The position numbers and the translations under genes were made by a program. DNA of 63,621 nucleotides, counting the filler, from Octopus bimaculoides (Eukaryota): assembly GCF_001194135.2 (NCBI RefSeq). It is 8 parts of 7 records of this genome, joined end to end, with 100 filler letters (N's around TTAATTAATTAA, not from the genome) between each part and the next. Parts side by side here need not be neighbours in the genome. Positions count along the whole stretch, not along the records: positions 50,021 to 61,856 come from NC_068981.1; positions 61,957 to 63,621 come from NC_069005.1; 6 more parts are not named here. The stretch is one strand, 5' to 3'. The first letter of the stretch is position 1; each line of letters opens with the position of its first letter. The notes beneath the pieces are model-generated. The model saw only the letters and a program-made list of their open reading frames with translations. It was not told where the DNA came from and ran no database searches. Below, in pieces: positions 50,079 to 63,621 of the stretch.

Positions 50079-53000
50079 TAATAATAATAGTATATATTCT
50101 CCTATTTAGAGCGATATTCCTATATAAACAAATTCACTGAATAATGATGAGCCAACACTCTGTAACTTAAATGATCAGATTACACTCCGTAACTCACAAA
50201 GACTTCTGGCTTGTTTATAAATATTATATATATATTAATTATTGCGAGGATATATACCTACCTCTTAAAGAGATATAATGCTGTGAATATTAATGTATTC
50301 CTCGGATATTATATTTTGAATCTTATTATTATTATCATTATTAACTCTTGATGACGTAGAATACAGACTATCATAAGAAGCAGATTGAATTCGTCATGGT
50401 CACGTGGTACTCGATAAACGATAACTGTTATTAATAGTATAAATTATATTAATTACAAATTAGTGATTATTTGTTAAAACTAGCTGTAATGACTAAGTGA
50501 CTGAAAATAATTCTTAGTTAATTAAAAAGCTATACTGGCATTTAATACTCTCAGAAATAATAATGGAAATTTAGAATAATTGGTTTTACTTACCGGTAAC
50601 TGTATCGCAAATATTGTTTATGTTATCTAATAGTTCATTTCTTTATCAAATATATTAGCACGCACCCGCACACGAATACAATAAAAGGCAAAACAATAAT
50701 AAAACAAAATTGCATATACAAAAGTAACAGTTAAAAAGAAGAACAATAACAAACACACGCGCACATATCTGAATTTAATGCTGAGTCTACCAGTGATCAC
50801 TCGATCCATTCAGATGTAATTCCTCTTTATGTCGTTTTCTAACCCTGAGGAAATGTTCAATTAACTATATTCGAAATGCATATTTAATTTAATTATTTAT
50901 TTATTTTTGATTTGAAATTTATTGAACATGTGAATTGTTGTTAGTTGTAAGAAATTGATGTTATTCGAAATCGGAGTTGTTTTAATAAATTGATGACTAT
51001 CTGTCCATTTTTCCATTTTGTTTTCTTTTCTTACACATATATACATTTATGTATATATATATNNNNNNNNNNNNNNNNNNNNNNNNNNNNNNNNNNNNNN
51101 NNNNNNNNNNNNNNNNNNNNNNNNNNNNNNNNNNNNNNNNNNNNNNNNNNNNNNNNNNNNNNNNNNNNNNNNNNNNNNNNNNNNNNNNNNNNNNNNNNNN
51201 NNNNNNNNNNNNNNNNNNNNNNNNNNNNNNNNNNNNNNNNNNNNNNNNNNNNNNNNNNNNNNNNNNNNNNNNNNNNNNNNNNNNNNNNNTGTGTGTGTGT
51301 GTGTGTGTGTGCGTGCCTGTGTGTGTGTGTGTAAGAAACTTGCAGCAGAAACATATTTAACAATGCAGAACATTCCCTCTTATGACTGCCAAAAGCGATA
51401 CCATTTCTACACATAAGGGGATCAATATGGATCTGAGAGAAGGCAAAAAAGATTAATTAAATGGAATTTGTGGTATGGGGACAGTTCTACACATGTCTAT
51501 GTACTTTCAGCTGAGATACACTAGAATCAGTTTATCGTGTAAACTCACGAATTTGTAGCACCAAAGAGAGGTGTATTATTCCAGCCAGCAGATCATTACT
51601 TCAACGATATTACATCTGTATATCAATCCGAGATACAACCGACCTTCTCATTTGAGTCACTTTCAGTATCACTGCGATATCACTTTCAGTACGATAGTTA
51701 TTATTACCTTATTGGTATAACCTGAATATAGACTGTTACCTTGAACTTTTGTGGGTAATCTGCAGATATTTTGTTACTCGGAAAAATGCAAAATGGAATA
51801 AAAATGGACGGCATGATTCTATTGTAAGATGATAAAGTAATGAACTTAACAATCATAGACTCTTCAGACTCATTAATTAGATAATAGCGTTTTCTGTTTA
51901 TAGCTAGATCGATAGCGCAATTCTGTGTCTTTTCCAGATTTGGGGATGCCATTTACCGAGAATTTTGTGCGTAGACTTTAGCTAATAGCACGTTCACTAA
52001 AAACCTACCATTAACATAGAATATTAAATTGTATAATTTCGACGCAACATATCCAGTTAAGTAGAAAGACAAGTTTAACAAGGGCCTTCGGGACTACACT
52101 GATTCCAAAGCTATCGCAATCAATGTTCATTTAATTTTAAGTAGCCATTATAAGTGAGTGATCAAACCTGGATGGGAATGTCGGTTTATCATCCTTTTAA
52201 AACAATTTTCATTTCACCAGACGTCTATATTTACACATTTCTCTCTGTTATAAATAAATTATCAATAACACGTGTATCAGCTTTACATTTGCCTTTAACG
52301 ATTATAACAAATATGAATTTATTTTATAAAAGCAGTAATTATTTTGGACCCTATCATGATGCAGAATTAATGAAAGCGGATACTTACTCGAGATAATTAC
52401 AAGTATAATTTAGAAGAATAATACATTGGCTGTGTGTGACATTGAATAATGATTCAGATTATTTTTTTCTATCCGATACAGTAATCTATTACTGATAATT
52501 CCGATTTCTAGTGTTATGGATATAACAGAAAAAGCTTACGCATATATCCATGAATTAATAATGGACTTATAAGAAGACTATGATGGAAATACGACACGAT
52601 AATCAGAAATTAGACGAGTTATATCAATATAAAATACTTTAGGTATCTCCTTAGTGATTCGTATTCAATTGAATCTGTAGAACGTCTGCATTTGCAAAAT
52701 ATCGATTATTAAGACGGGAGGTTAATATCATCAAGATTAGAGGTTAATATTGATTTCTTAGATTGCCACAAAACCATGGAGTTTTAGGAGGAGAATAATA
52801 GTCGAATGAATCAACCGCAATATATAGGTGGTACTAATTGATTCCACTCGAAAATTATCAAAAATAAATTGCCTCACTGGCATGTTTCGGATTTGGAAGG
52901 CTAAGAAGAAATACGAGCAACACTAAGAAATTTAACCCGGCTTTACCTTTTAACTATCTTTGTAAAGGTACAATGTTTTGATTGTTACCACTATGCAAAG

Positions 53001-53626
53001 AAGTAGGATTTTCATACAGGAAGAGTAAACTGCATTTTCATCTTCACATTTCCACGATCGTACCGTTATTTATTAACATTTCGTCTTTCACTAAAAGCAT
53101 TATGGAAGATAAAATACGAAGTTGCGATCATGTTCCATACCCGCCGTTTCAAAGCTTTTTCCGTACACTTAACATAGAGAAAATTAGAAATTTCTGAATG
53201 TTTACTCCTACTATTATAATAATGTTTTGAATATTAATCAATGAAATATATAATGTTGTTTGAGAACATGCTCCTTTTTGAAAGAGTTGAAAGTAAATCG
53301 TTGAGTTATTCAATTATTTAACAGAAATTATAAAGGTGAACTAGTCTAAAATGCATATATATATGTATATATATATATATATANNNNNNNNNNNNNNNNN
53401 NNNNNNNNNNNNNNNNNNNNNNNNNNNNNNNNNNNNNNNNNNNNNNNNNNNNNNNNNNNNNNNNNNNNNNNNNNNNNNNNNNNNNNNNNNNNNNNNNNNN
53501 NNNNNNNNNNNNNNNNNNNNNNNNNNNNNNNNNNNNNNNNNNNNNNNNNNNNNNNNNNNNNNNNNNNNNNNNNNNNNNNATATATAAATATAAACACCAA
53601 ACGTCGTTAGAATTATATTACACGGT

Positions 53627-53657
<31 letters not shown>

Positions 53658-55316
53658 ATCCAATCTTATACATTGTGTCCTTAGCATTCAGTAGAGGTAC
53701 ATAATATATATTAAAAAAAAAACTTTTACGATGAAATATTACATTACCTATTTTCCATTACTGTAAAATATTGTTCTGAGTAAACAAACCAAAATAATGC
53801 AATTTTCCAGTTATTAGAATTTTTCTCATTATTTTTCCTGTAAACAGTTCGAAAAAGTACAAAGTTATCATATTGTGATTGTAATCAAGGCTGTCGTACT
53901 TAATTGTCAAACTGACATTTGGTGTCGTAAGGTACTTCCATAGTAGTAAACTTTCAACATTAAAGAGCTTAATATTTTATGAGCAAAGCAGAAGAGAGAC
54001 AGAGTCAAAACGTCTTTCTAGATCTTCTTAGATGGGTAGAAGTGGTGCGATTTATACATAGTGTGAACGATTTTGTGACAAAGCCTCAAGGAGTTTTCTC
54101 GCAAAGTATTTAACAGTACTTATCTAGTTGATTCATGAAGGCTAATGTGGTTGTGCTAGCGACACATGTCATGCATAACAGACTGCAAATGAAGGTCGTG
54201 TTTTGATGTGTGAATCTCAGCTAATCAGACTTTTGACCTGCCTTTCCTGTGTATCAGTCGTACCAGCATGTGAGTAGAGCTTCAATGTTAAAAGAAAATA
54301 CTTGAAATTTTAAATACGTGGAAACTCGTTTTCTGAATTTTATAGGGTACGTTAAATTTTGATTTCTATGGCGGAAATGATGAATATGAAGGGTTACTAT
54401 GACTGATAATTATAAATTGAGATCAAACTCTACTGTGGTGCTGGGCTTTATCAGTGGGCTACCAATGAGCGGGTAATATTTACTTAATGAATTTTAAAGC
54501 TATTGAAAGACTAAATTCTCACTTTATATATATGAACACGTTTCTTTTTTAATTTTATTTTCTATCCAGTGACACGACAGAACGGATTTCATCTAATACG
54601 CTTAAGTCGCTTATAAAACACACGCGTGTAAGAGGTGTTAACAAGCAGTGAAGAATAGTTTAATCTACATGTGTTTGTGTAATAAGCGATGCCAAATATA
54701 TCGTTAATACGGAAATAGAAGACTGTGACAGCTGTAACCAACGTTAAAGTACCAGAAAGATTGAGTCTGAGAAGGACCAATTAATTTACAATGAAATTAT
54801 GTGAACTAGCTGGAAATTTGAAATTTAACATCGAGAAAGAGATGGGATGCATTGCCGAACAACATAAAATTTTCAATGGAAATTTGTTGAAGGGCATTGA
54901 TCTAACGCGTCATTAAATTTTTCACGTGATTCTTAAGTCCTAGAGGCAATTAATTGTCTAGCATATTAGATAAAACTCTAAGTCTAACTNNNNNNNNNNN
55001 NNNNNNNNNNNNNNNNNNNNNNNNNNNNNNNNNNNNNNNNNNNNNNNNNNNNNNNNNNNNNNNNNNNNNNNNNNNNNNNNNNNNNNNNNNNNNNNNNNNN
55101 NNNNNNNNNNNNNNNNNNNNNNNNNNNNNNNNNNNNNNNNNNNNNNNNNNNNNNNNNNNNNNNNNNNNNNNNNNNNNNNNNNNNNNNNNNNNNNNNNNNN
55201 NNNNNNNNNNNNNNNNNNNNNNNNNNNNNNNNNNNNNNNNNNNNNNNNNNNNNNNNNNNNNNNNNNNNNNNNNNNNNNNNNNNNNNNNNNNNNNNNNNNN
55301 NNNNNNNATGTGCGTG

Positions 55317-55347
<31 letters not shown>

Positions 55348-57103
55348 TAAGTTTCAGCTTAGAGCTGCGGCCATGCTGATGCACCACCGTGGATATATAT
55401 ATATATATATCACTCCCTATTTAGAAATAATACATTTCTAAATCTCTGAGAGATTTACGCAGTAGTGATATGATGAAGTAGCTGTATGCTTTCTGTCGGC
55501 CTTGACACAGAAGCGGTGCAGCTTCCCAGGTCTTACCAACATTAGTATTATTCCCTTCAGGTGACTGTCACATTAAGTTGACAGCATAAAACTACTCACT
55601 CCCTATTGTTTTCATCTTCATTTTTCAGACGCTATTCTTTTCACATTCAGTTTTCACACCCCATTGTTATTCCACATTAACTGCAATCATTATTGTTTTG
55701 ACTGTAAGTTTACGTTTTCAATCGCTATTTATGACAGAAAGAAGTTCACAATTACTGACGTAAGTCATTTCATAATTTACTGAGAGAAGTACGCCAGGGA
55801 GAATATGCAACGAACGAAGGTTGTCTCAAATATGTGGACATGTCCCGAATGTTTGCACCAAAATGAAATCTGCTAAATACAACCAAATATCAAGTGGCGG
55901 TGTGGAAAAAGATGATAAGCTCAGTCTATCACCCAAGAGAAGAGAATGCAAGGAATCGGAACTAGTATCACGCGTATCTCCTCTGCTAATGAACCAGAAA
56001 GGAACGGTGCTTTATATATCTATCACAAAAGTACGAAAAATTACCATGACTGTGAAACCAGAGCTCAGAGAGCTGCAATAAAATATCGCAAGACAACTCT
56101 TCTGAGGTTCTAGAAACTAAAATTTATGGAAGTTCTAAGGAACGCAAAATTTTGCTAGGCGGGATTTGAATACAAGTCCTACAGAACTAGAACTAATAAC
56201 GCAAGCCTTTGCTTATTACTTGCTCCGCATTGATTCTATTAATCAGCTATTTTAGCGTCTGCAAGATGAACTGGAAATGGATAGAAAAGACATTGAAGCA
56301 GGGGAATTAGTCCGAAAATATTGAACAAAGAGTGGACACAGTTAAAGGGTCTTAGAATCCTGATGCCAGCGGTACAATTATTTGGCGTCGTATTGATGTA
56401 AGAAACCAATAACAATACAATAAAGGCAAAGGTCATGAAGACACAGAAACTGAAGAACGCAAAAATCAGTCAAGTAAATATTATAAATATAAAAGGAAAA
56501 TAAAGAATCAGAACATAATCGTAGGATTTAGTATGCAGAATGAAACAATTAAATTAGAGATTATTGTGATATATATTAGTAAAACTCACAGACAATTATT
56601 TTAATTGGTTGATAGAAAAAAAGAAGAATCAACAATAAACAGAAAAACAATGGATATAAATTGTTTACCTAAGCCGTTGGGATTTTAGAAATAATGTCAG
56701 AAAAGTCAATAAATCAATCATACGTAGATACATACATGCGTACACACATTCACTTATAAAAGTGTATGTACACACACATACACACACACTGGCATATCGA
56801 TAGATAGATAGATAGATAGATAGATACATACATACATACATACATACATACATACATACATACATTGATAGATACTCATATATTCGCTTATAGGTTGTTG
56901 GTCCTATATATACATATATAAGCATATATCTTTATGAATGTATATACTGATGAACATATACACACGCCTACATATTATATATAAATGCACATAGATATAC
57001 ATACATATGGATGCATATACATATTTGGTTGCATATGTATATAATATATATATATATATATAATTATATACTTACCTACATACATATATATGTATGTATA
57101 TTC

Positions 57104-57141
<38 letters not shown>

Positions 57142-58929
57142 TTGTGTCTGTGTGAGTCTGTGTGTATATACTCGTACATAGACTCATAATACATTGAGGA
57201 GAACATACATATACACACTCATAAACATACACGAAAGCATACATAAATTATTCTCACAAGCAAAAAACAAACTAAGAAATAAAAACTATTTTTATAGTGG
57301 ACGTATTCAGTCAATTTTCAGTTATTGTTTGAATGATTTTATGGGTAATTATATATAAAACGTATTCGATAATACATATACACACATACCAATTTCATTG
57401 CCAATATATATATATATGGAGTGTGTTTGATTTACACTCAGTAGATCGATTTGTAGTTGGTATTTAGTTACATCAGCCCGTTCTCAGTTCAAATTCCACT
57501 GTGGACTTTTAGGGGGATTTGCATTTCTACATCATGTCGTCTATTATTTCAGTATCTCTCGATGTAATCGAAACCTGTGTACTACTAATGCCACAATTCA
57601 GTGACTGCGACTCGAAGTAATATAATGCGTATCCATTGTAAATACATGTATATATTTTATATATTTTATTTATATATGTACATGTATGTAAGGATCTTTG
57701 TATATCAGATCAAAATGAAAGCTTATGGCGATAAGTAATCACTTACATCCTGTATCGTCGTAAGATCGTGTGCAACCTCACCGGTTTAATTACTAGACTA
57801 CCCTTATATGGGAAAAGAAACCCAGCTATTGAAGGTGAATGGACACAATATTCGTGAAATACATTGTGAGAAATGCTGTGGTGTCTTATACAGATTCAAG
57901 AGAGTGAATGCGCAATCTAGTACATCCATTCAGTTGATGGAAAATTACAAATTTTAAATACTTTTGTGTTATGGGCTAATTTAGTTGTCAAAGTATAGAA
58001 GGAGACTAGTCGTCAAATTGGACGTGCTTGCCTATATTTAGATAATTGCGTTTCTGCTGTGCAAGTGTCTGTCACTGTAATCTCTACAACGTATGGGTAC
58101 ATTTTAGCTACTGGAGTGAACCGTGCCTCTCGTTGCTAGTACTGTTCATCAGCGAATATTTTATAAAGAAAATAACATATTTATCAGTTTTATCCATATT
58201 AGCCTTTTAAAATCCTTTGGCGATATGTGCGTAGAGAAATATACAGATGTGTTGATTGGATGCATGTGTTCTCAAAATTGCACATCGGACAGCAAGAGAT
58301 GTATGCATGTACGCTCTACTATGTATGTATATATGTATTTATGTATGCATGTATGTTTATATATATGCATATGTATGTGTTTGTTAATTAGAGTTTGATT
58401 ATTCTTTCTATTTTCACTCATTTTGTGTATTTGTTCAGGGAATAATGGAGAGTATTAAATATTTGGGATTCGGATTACTACGTCTGTCTTTCCTATTTTC
58501 AAAATACTATCTTTGATTAGATATTTCTATTATGATGTGGTTATGGTAGATTTAACATTGTAGAATTTTGGTTTCATTATGTAGGAAGGAATCCTCAACG
58601 ATATTATGGAGTTGCTTCTCTTTTTGATAAATGCTCTTTTAAGTTTTTGTTGCATGAAAAAGAATCGTGACCGTTATCTAAATATGAAGAAGTAATGTCT
58701 TGCATGGGCGGCAGTGATTTACCCCAACATAATTCTCAAATAAAAGGGAATGCAAGAAAAAATTAATAATTGATAATAATTTTGTAAATGTATGTATTGA
58801 GTATAATGACAATCTAAAAGTGGAAATAGATTAATAATTATAATAATTGCATAACAGGTGATCTATTTACCGAGTGATCAGCGAAAGAAGTCTCCGAATG
58901 TAAAACTGCTGCTAAAGTTTGTTTAGCAG

Positions 58930-60100
58930 CTATAAAGAAAATACGAGATATTAACCACTATAGACTTAATTAAAATAGATGCAAACATCAGTGTCAGCTG
59001 AATGAATCAAATTATTTACGTTGCTTCCAAAGCAGTCAGATGGCAATGTAGTCTCTTCAGTAAAACCGCACATAATAGTACTAAATCTGTGGGAAAATGT
59101 AGTAAGCAAACATAGAGAGAATGATAAACAAATAAAACCAAAATTGTTCAATCCTTAGTGACATCAAAGAAGAGGAAAAAATGAATAAAATACGAATACT
59201 ACGGAAACAGAAGATAACACAAATGAAGATATCAAACTCAAAGAACAGAGAAAACAACAGATCTATGCTAAATCGCTAACATTCCATCGTTATAAAATGT
59301 GTCAACGATTCTTTGGAGAAAACAAATTGTGTTGAATCCAAATTACTTACAACAACTAAGTAAAATCAAAAATAGGAAAATAACAGTGAAGTAGAATTTT
59401 TCGTGAGGAAGAGAAAGAAATACTGGTGGAAAATCGAATGAGAAATATTTTTCAAAAACGACAGGAGCAAAAAACCGAATAATCACGGCAAGAATCAACT
59501 ACACAAGAAGTGACCCAGGCATCACAGAACTTGAACTATCGGAAATCAATAATAAATGATAAGTTTTGAAACTTCAGCTAACATATATAACATAGATACG
59601 CACAAAAATATTTGCAAATATAACCAAAGATGAAAAGGGAATAATCAGACACCACAACATAATTTCCTACCAAGATAAAATTCATATTTACGCAAGAATC
59701 TAGCGTAAAGTCAGGAACTACAAGATGTAAAATGACAACATAAAATCACCTTAGCAATTCTACCACTACTATTAGAATTGTTCATAGAGAACAGTTTCGT
59801 ATCAAACAGGCAAATGTCATTGAAAACCTTCGAAGAAACGGTCGCGGCACAATAGAAGGTAAAGCCTCTAAAGATTCTCTAAACTTGCAACAGAATGTGA
59901 CAAGCCTACCGAGTGAACTGGAATAACTTGAAAAGAAAAGTGTCTTACTCAAGGACACAAAGCACTGCCAATGGTTAAATATAGTGTGTGTGGCCATGTA
60001 ATTCAAGGAAGACATCAGATTTGGAGAAAAAAACCAATCCCACTGCCAGATGCAAATAAACAAATGAGATCACGAGAAAGATTGTACAAAACGTTATATC
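58930..60100 (+). mobile_element. Heavily decayed R4-clade reverse transcriptase region
   Basis: Fragments read IIYVASKAV, ESTTQEVTQAS, NYKM (pre-RT RPI position), RRNGRGTI (GC..xRGT) and a W..YKK..S-like stretch, in the expected order. Confidence 0.5.
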
Positions 60101-62051
60101 ATTTAAAGTTAAATGTTATATATATATATATATATNNNNNNNNNNNNNNNNNNNNNNNNNNNNNNNNNNNNNNNNNNNNNNNNNNNNNNNNNNNNNNNNN
60201 NNNNNNNNNNNNNNNNNNNNNNNNNNNNNNNNNNNNNNNNNNNNNNNNNNNNNNNNNNNNNNNNNNNNNNNNNNNNNNNNNNNNNNNNNNNNNNNNNNNN
60301 NNNNNNNNNNNNNNNNNNNNNNNNNNNNNNNNNNNNNNNNNNNNNNNNNNNNNNNNNNNNNNNNNNNNNNNNNNNNNNNNNNNNNNNNNNNNNNNNNNNN
60401 NNNNNNNNNNNNNNNNNNNNNNNNNNNNNNNNNNNNNNNNNNNNNNNNNNNNNNNNNNNNNNNNNNNNNNNNNNNNNNNNNNNNNNNNNNNNNNNNNNNN
60501 NNNNNNNNNNNNNNNNNNNNNNNNNNNNNNNNNNNNNNNNNNNNNNNNNNNNNATATATATATACATATATACACACATGTGTATGAATACATGGCTATG
60601 TATGAATAATATACAGGCTGGACCTTATACGAATGTCTTAGAATATGAAACCGTTATCGTCGGAACCAGACGGTAATAAGAAAAAGTAATAGCAATAGCA
60701 AATTGTTTGTCAGTCCCCAATGATGTCAGATTAATATATGTAGACGTAATGTGCATAATATGTAGGAAATCTCAATTCTTTTATGTGATTGCAAGGTCGA
60801 CTTCTTGTTCGATTGAATAACGTCACTATTTATGCTGTCTTCGAGAAGGATACCTTTTGTTTCTTCTCTTTCATTCGTTCATAGTCTAATGGTGATGGAC
60901 ACTTTTGTGATTACTCCTGAAAAAGTATCTTATTAACATTTGTAAGAAACTGGAATGAGATATATACACACAGTGTAATTATAATTGTTGCTTCAATAAG
61001 CAGATGCGGAATGATGTCTTTATAATTAGATATTAAATGGAAAACTTCAAGGCACCTGCGCATAACAGAGATATTTAAATGGATGTTAAGTAGAGTGCTT
61101 ATAAGTAACATAGATTTTGTGTAGTGGATACATACTCACACAAGGATATATATTAATTAAGTAATGACAAAAGATCAGGAGTTACGTAATAGAAAAAGCA
61201 TTGAAGTTAGGCCTGAATGTACCCGTAACAACTTATGGATTCCTCGAATGAAATAGCTCCGTGAAAGATGTGTTACAAGAGCACTCAACCTTGAATGCAA
61301 TGCAGCTTACAACAAATATGAACTTACGCTAAGTGAAGTGTTTTCATACCTCTTGCTCATTTATAATTTATTAGTTGATATTATGTACTGTATTCAACTG
61401 GTGCTTTGCTTTAAACTATAAGTGCATAGTGATTTAAAGGCTGCTAAATAGTACAGTTGTGCCTAAGATAAATCACACACACACAACCACATCTGTAGTG
61501 AGTTTTATATGTAACCATTTGTAAAGTCAACTTAACATTAAATTGAAAATATTACTCATTACTTTTTGTAGAATATATATTTACTAATTTCATCAGTTTT
61601 TACAAAAATATTTAACAGCGTTTTTGATGCTTCGGTTTGAAAGCATTTATGGAGGCTTTGCGGCGGAGCTTCGATATTAATATTAAATATCTCCTTGAAA
61701 ATGTAAGAGGCATATATACATGTGTGTATATATAAATATGTATATACATGTATGTATATATTATTTACATTATTTACAATTGACGGATATTTCTCCACAT
61801 CTTGTTTGTTGTTCACACAAGTTTTCGGTTGGTATATGATATACACTCCAACCTTCNNNNNNNNNNNNNNNNNNNNNNNNNNNNNNNNNNNNNNNNNNNN
61901 TTAATTAATTAANNNNNNNNNNNNNNNNNNNNNNNNNNNNNNNNNNNNNNNNNNNNTTTGTGTACATGTGTGCATGCATGTGTATAAACGTCTGCCTGCG
62001 TATACGTTTCAGTCAAGTATTCTATATACACCCGCCACATCACTGTATGTG

Positions 62052-62090
<39 letters not shown>

Positions 62091-62129
62091 TGGTGCTAAG
62101 TAATTAAGGATGCCAGCAGATTTCAACGC

Positions 62130-62480
62130 GGCGGACTGGGAGGATGTTTCTAAGGGTGAAGATGTACTGAGAAAGTTTAAAACTTTAGGTTGTGAGTTCG
62201 AATTCCGTACTGGGTTGCGTGTTGCGTTCTTGAGCAAGACACTTTATTTCACGTTGCTTCAGTTCACTCAGCTGTAGAAACAAGTTACAACGTCATTAGT
62301 ACCAAGCTGTAACGGCCTTTGCCTTTCCCTTGGATAACACTGGTGGCGTGGAGAGGGGAGGCCGGTATACATGGCTGACTGCTGATCTCCCATAAAACAG
62401 CCTTGCCCGGACTTGTGCTTGGGAGGGTAACTTTCTAGGTGCAATCCCATGGTCAGTCATGATCGAAGGGGGTCTCAGCA
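62130..62480 (+). mobile_element. tRNA-derived SINE, fourth family (CORE-like ttgagcaagacactt segment)
   Basis: B box GAGTTCGAATTCC, then cttgagcaagacactttatttcacgttgc. Confidence 0.6.
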
Positions 62481-62699
62481 GCATGCTATATAGGTATGTT
62501 AGAGATCTTTTTCGGTTCGCTCGCCCGTGTACTGTTGTATCTGTTGTTTTCAGTGTAATTTTTGATGGTCCAAATGAGAGTTTTAACTCTTATTTCTAGC
62601 GGGTAGACGCTTCATTGTGTCCTTGATTTATATAATTTTAATTTTATAGCTATATAATACTGATTTAGGCCTGCAACCAACTATATTAACATTCTTTTT

Positions 62700-62900
62700 T
62701 CCTCTAGGCACAATTCCCTAAATTTTGCAGGCGGGGGCCAGTCGATTAGATCAACCCCAGTACACAACTGATATTTAATTTATCGATCCCGAAAGGATGA
62801 AAGGCGAAGTCGACTGCGGCGGAATTTGAACTTAGAACGTAAAGACAGACGAAATATAGCTAAGCATTTCACACGGCGTGCTGACGATTCTGCCAGCTTA
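62700..62900 (-). mobile_element. SINE-B
   Basis: ttatcgatcccgaaaggatgaaaggcgaagtcgac..gattctgccagct. Confidence 0.85.
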
Positions 62901-63000
62901 ATTATTGTTATTATGGACTATTTGTATTGACTTCGATAACAATAACAATATTAATATCTATATAAATAATCGATTCTGAATATTTTTACTGCTGATATAT

Positions 63001-63488
63001 AGTCAAAATAAGCAACAAGGATATCCAAAGTTAATGCAGTACGATCCTTTCATGCGACTCCATTTAATTAAGCGATGCACAAAGATATAGAAATTTACTG
63101 AAATTACATTTCAACAGAAGGACATATTTTTATAACTACATTTAAGCCCTCCAAATAGAAAGGAAGAATACAAAAACAAAACATTTTGACTTAGCCAGAC
63201 TTTTACTAGCCTGTTTGGTCTGACTAAGTCTTTTACTAACCTGTATGGTCTGGCTAAGTCAAAAGGGTCTTTTTGTATTATTCCTTTCTACTTGGAGAGT
63301 TTAAATGTAGTTATAAAAATATGTCCTTCTGTTGAAATGTAATTTCAGTAAATTTCTATATCTTTGTGCAACTGAGGATTGCTCTGCATTTTGCATTTAA
63401 TGTAATGTTCACATTGCTTAAATAGATGGCGTCGCATGAAACGATCGTACTGCATTAGCTTTGGATATCCTTGTTGCTTATTTTGACT
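63001..63488. mobile_element. Fold-back element (about 200-bp inverted arms)
   Basis: agtcaaaataagcaacaaggatatccaaag..ttgacttagccagac is mirrored on the right. The spacer holds a 30-bp tandem duplication. Confidence 0.85.
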
Positions 63489-63586
63489 TTAATCACCTTA
63501 TTTTGAAACTGTATGGATAATATCATACTTAATTCTGGTGCCTAAACTTAAGTACCATTTTCACCTTGAATCTCTCTCTCTCTCTT

Positions 63587-63621
<35 letters not shown>

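Noticed and set aside
55478-55525. 44-nt hairpin preceded by ATGATGA (miRNA, snoRNA or SECIS?)
   Set aside because: Too short for a pre-miRNA, no D box or terminal stem found, and no SECIS geometry.
56239-56436. Hydrophobic 65-aa ORF as a secreted peptide
   Set aside because: Hydrophobicity is expected from antisense to A-rich sequence, and there is no recognisable motif.

Overview
Eukaryotic, AT-rich, repeat-dense genomic DNA with no prokaryotic features (no CRISPR, operons or rRNA). The SINE, RTE and microsatellite landscape resembles an octopus or other coleoid cephalopod genome; this is inference. The window is a patchwork of 8 sequence blocks joined by seven 100-bp gaps, each 44 N + TTAATTAATTAA + 44 N, which is an artificial six-frame stop linker. 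Two partial host genes can be spliced by eye with GT-AG junctions and consistent phases. One is VPS37A-like (ESCRT-I; 6 exons, 5865-13401, first and last exons absent). The other is UBA6-like (E1 enzyme; 4 internal exons, 44043-49453). Most of the remainder is mobile DNA: R4/Dong-type retrotransposons in (TAA)n tracts, Penelope-like elements, RTE LINEs, several tRNA-derived SINE families, decayed Tc1/mariner, Tigger and hAT transposases, MITEs and a probable Helitron. The most notable observations are (i) a head-to-head inverted Penelope with a type I hammerhead-ribozyme fold in both arms, (ii) a (TAA)n niche in which SINE tails appear to provide target sites for R4/Dong elements, and (iii) a TIR/TSD-bounded MITE carrying a (CCCTAA)n-(TTAGGG)n telomeric fold-back. 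All family and gene assignments come from recalled motifs, not database searches. Repeat boundaries are approximate.
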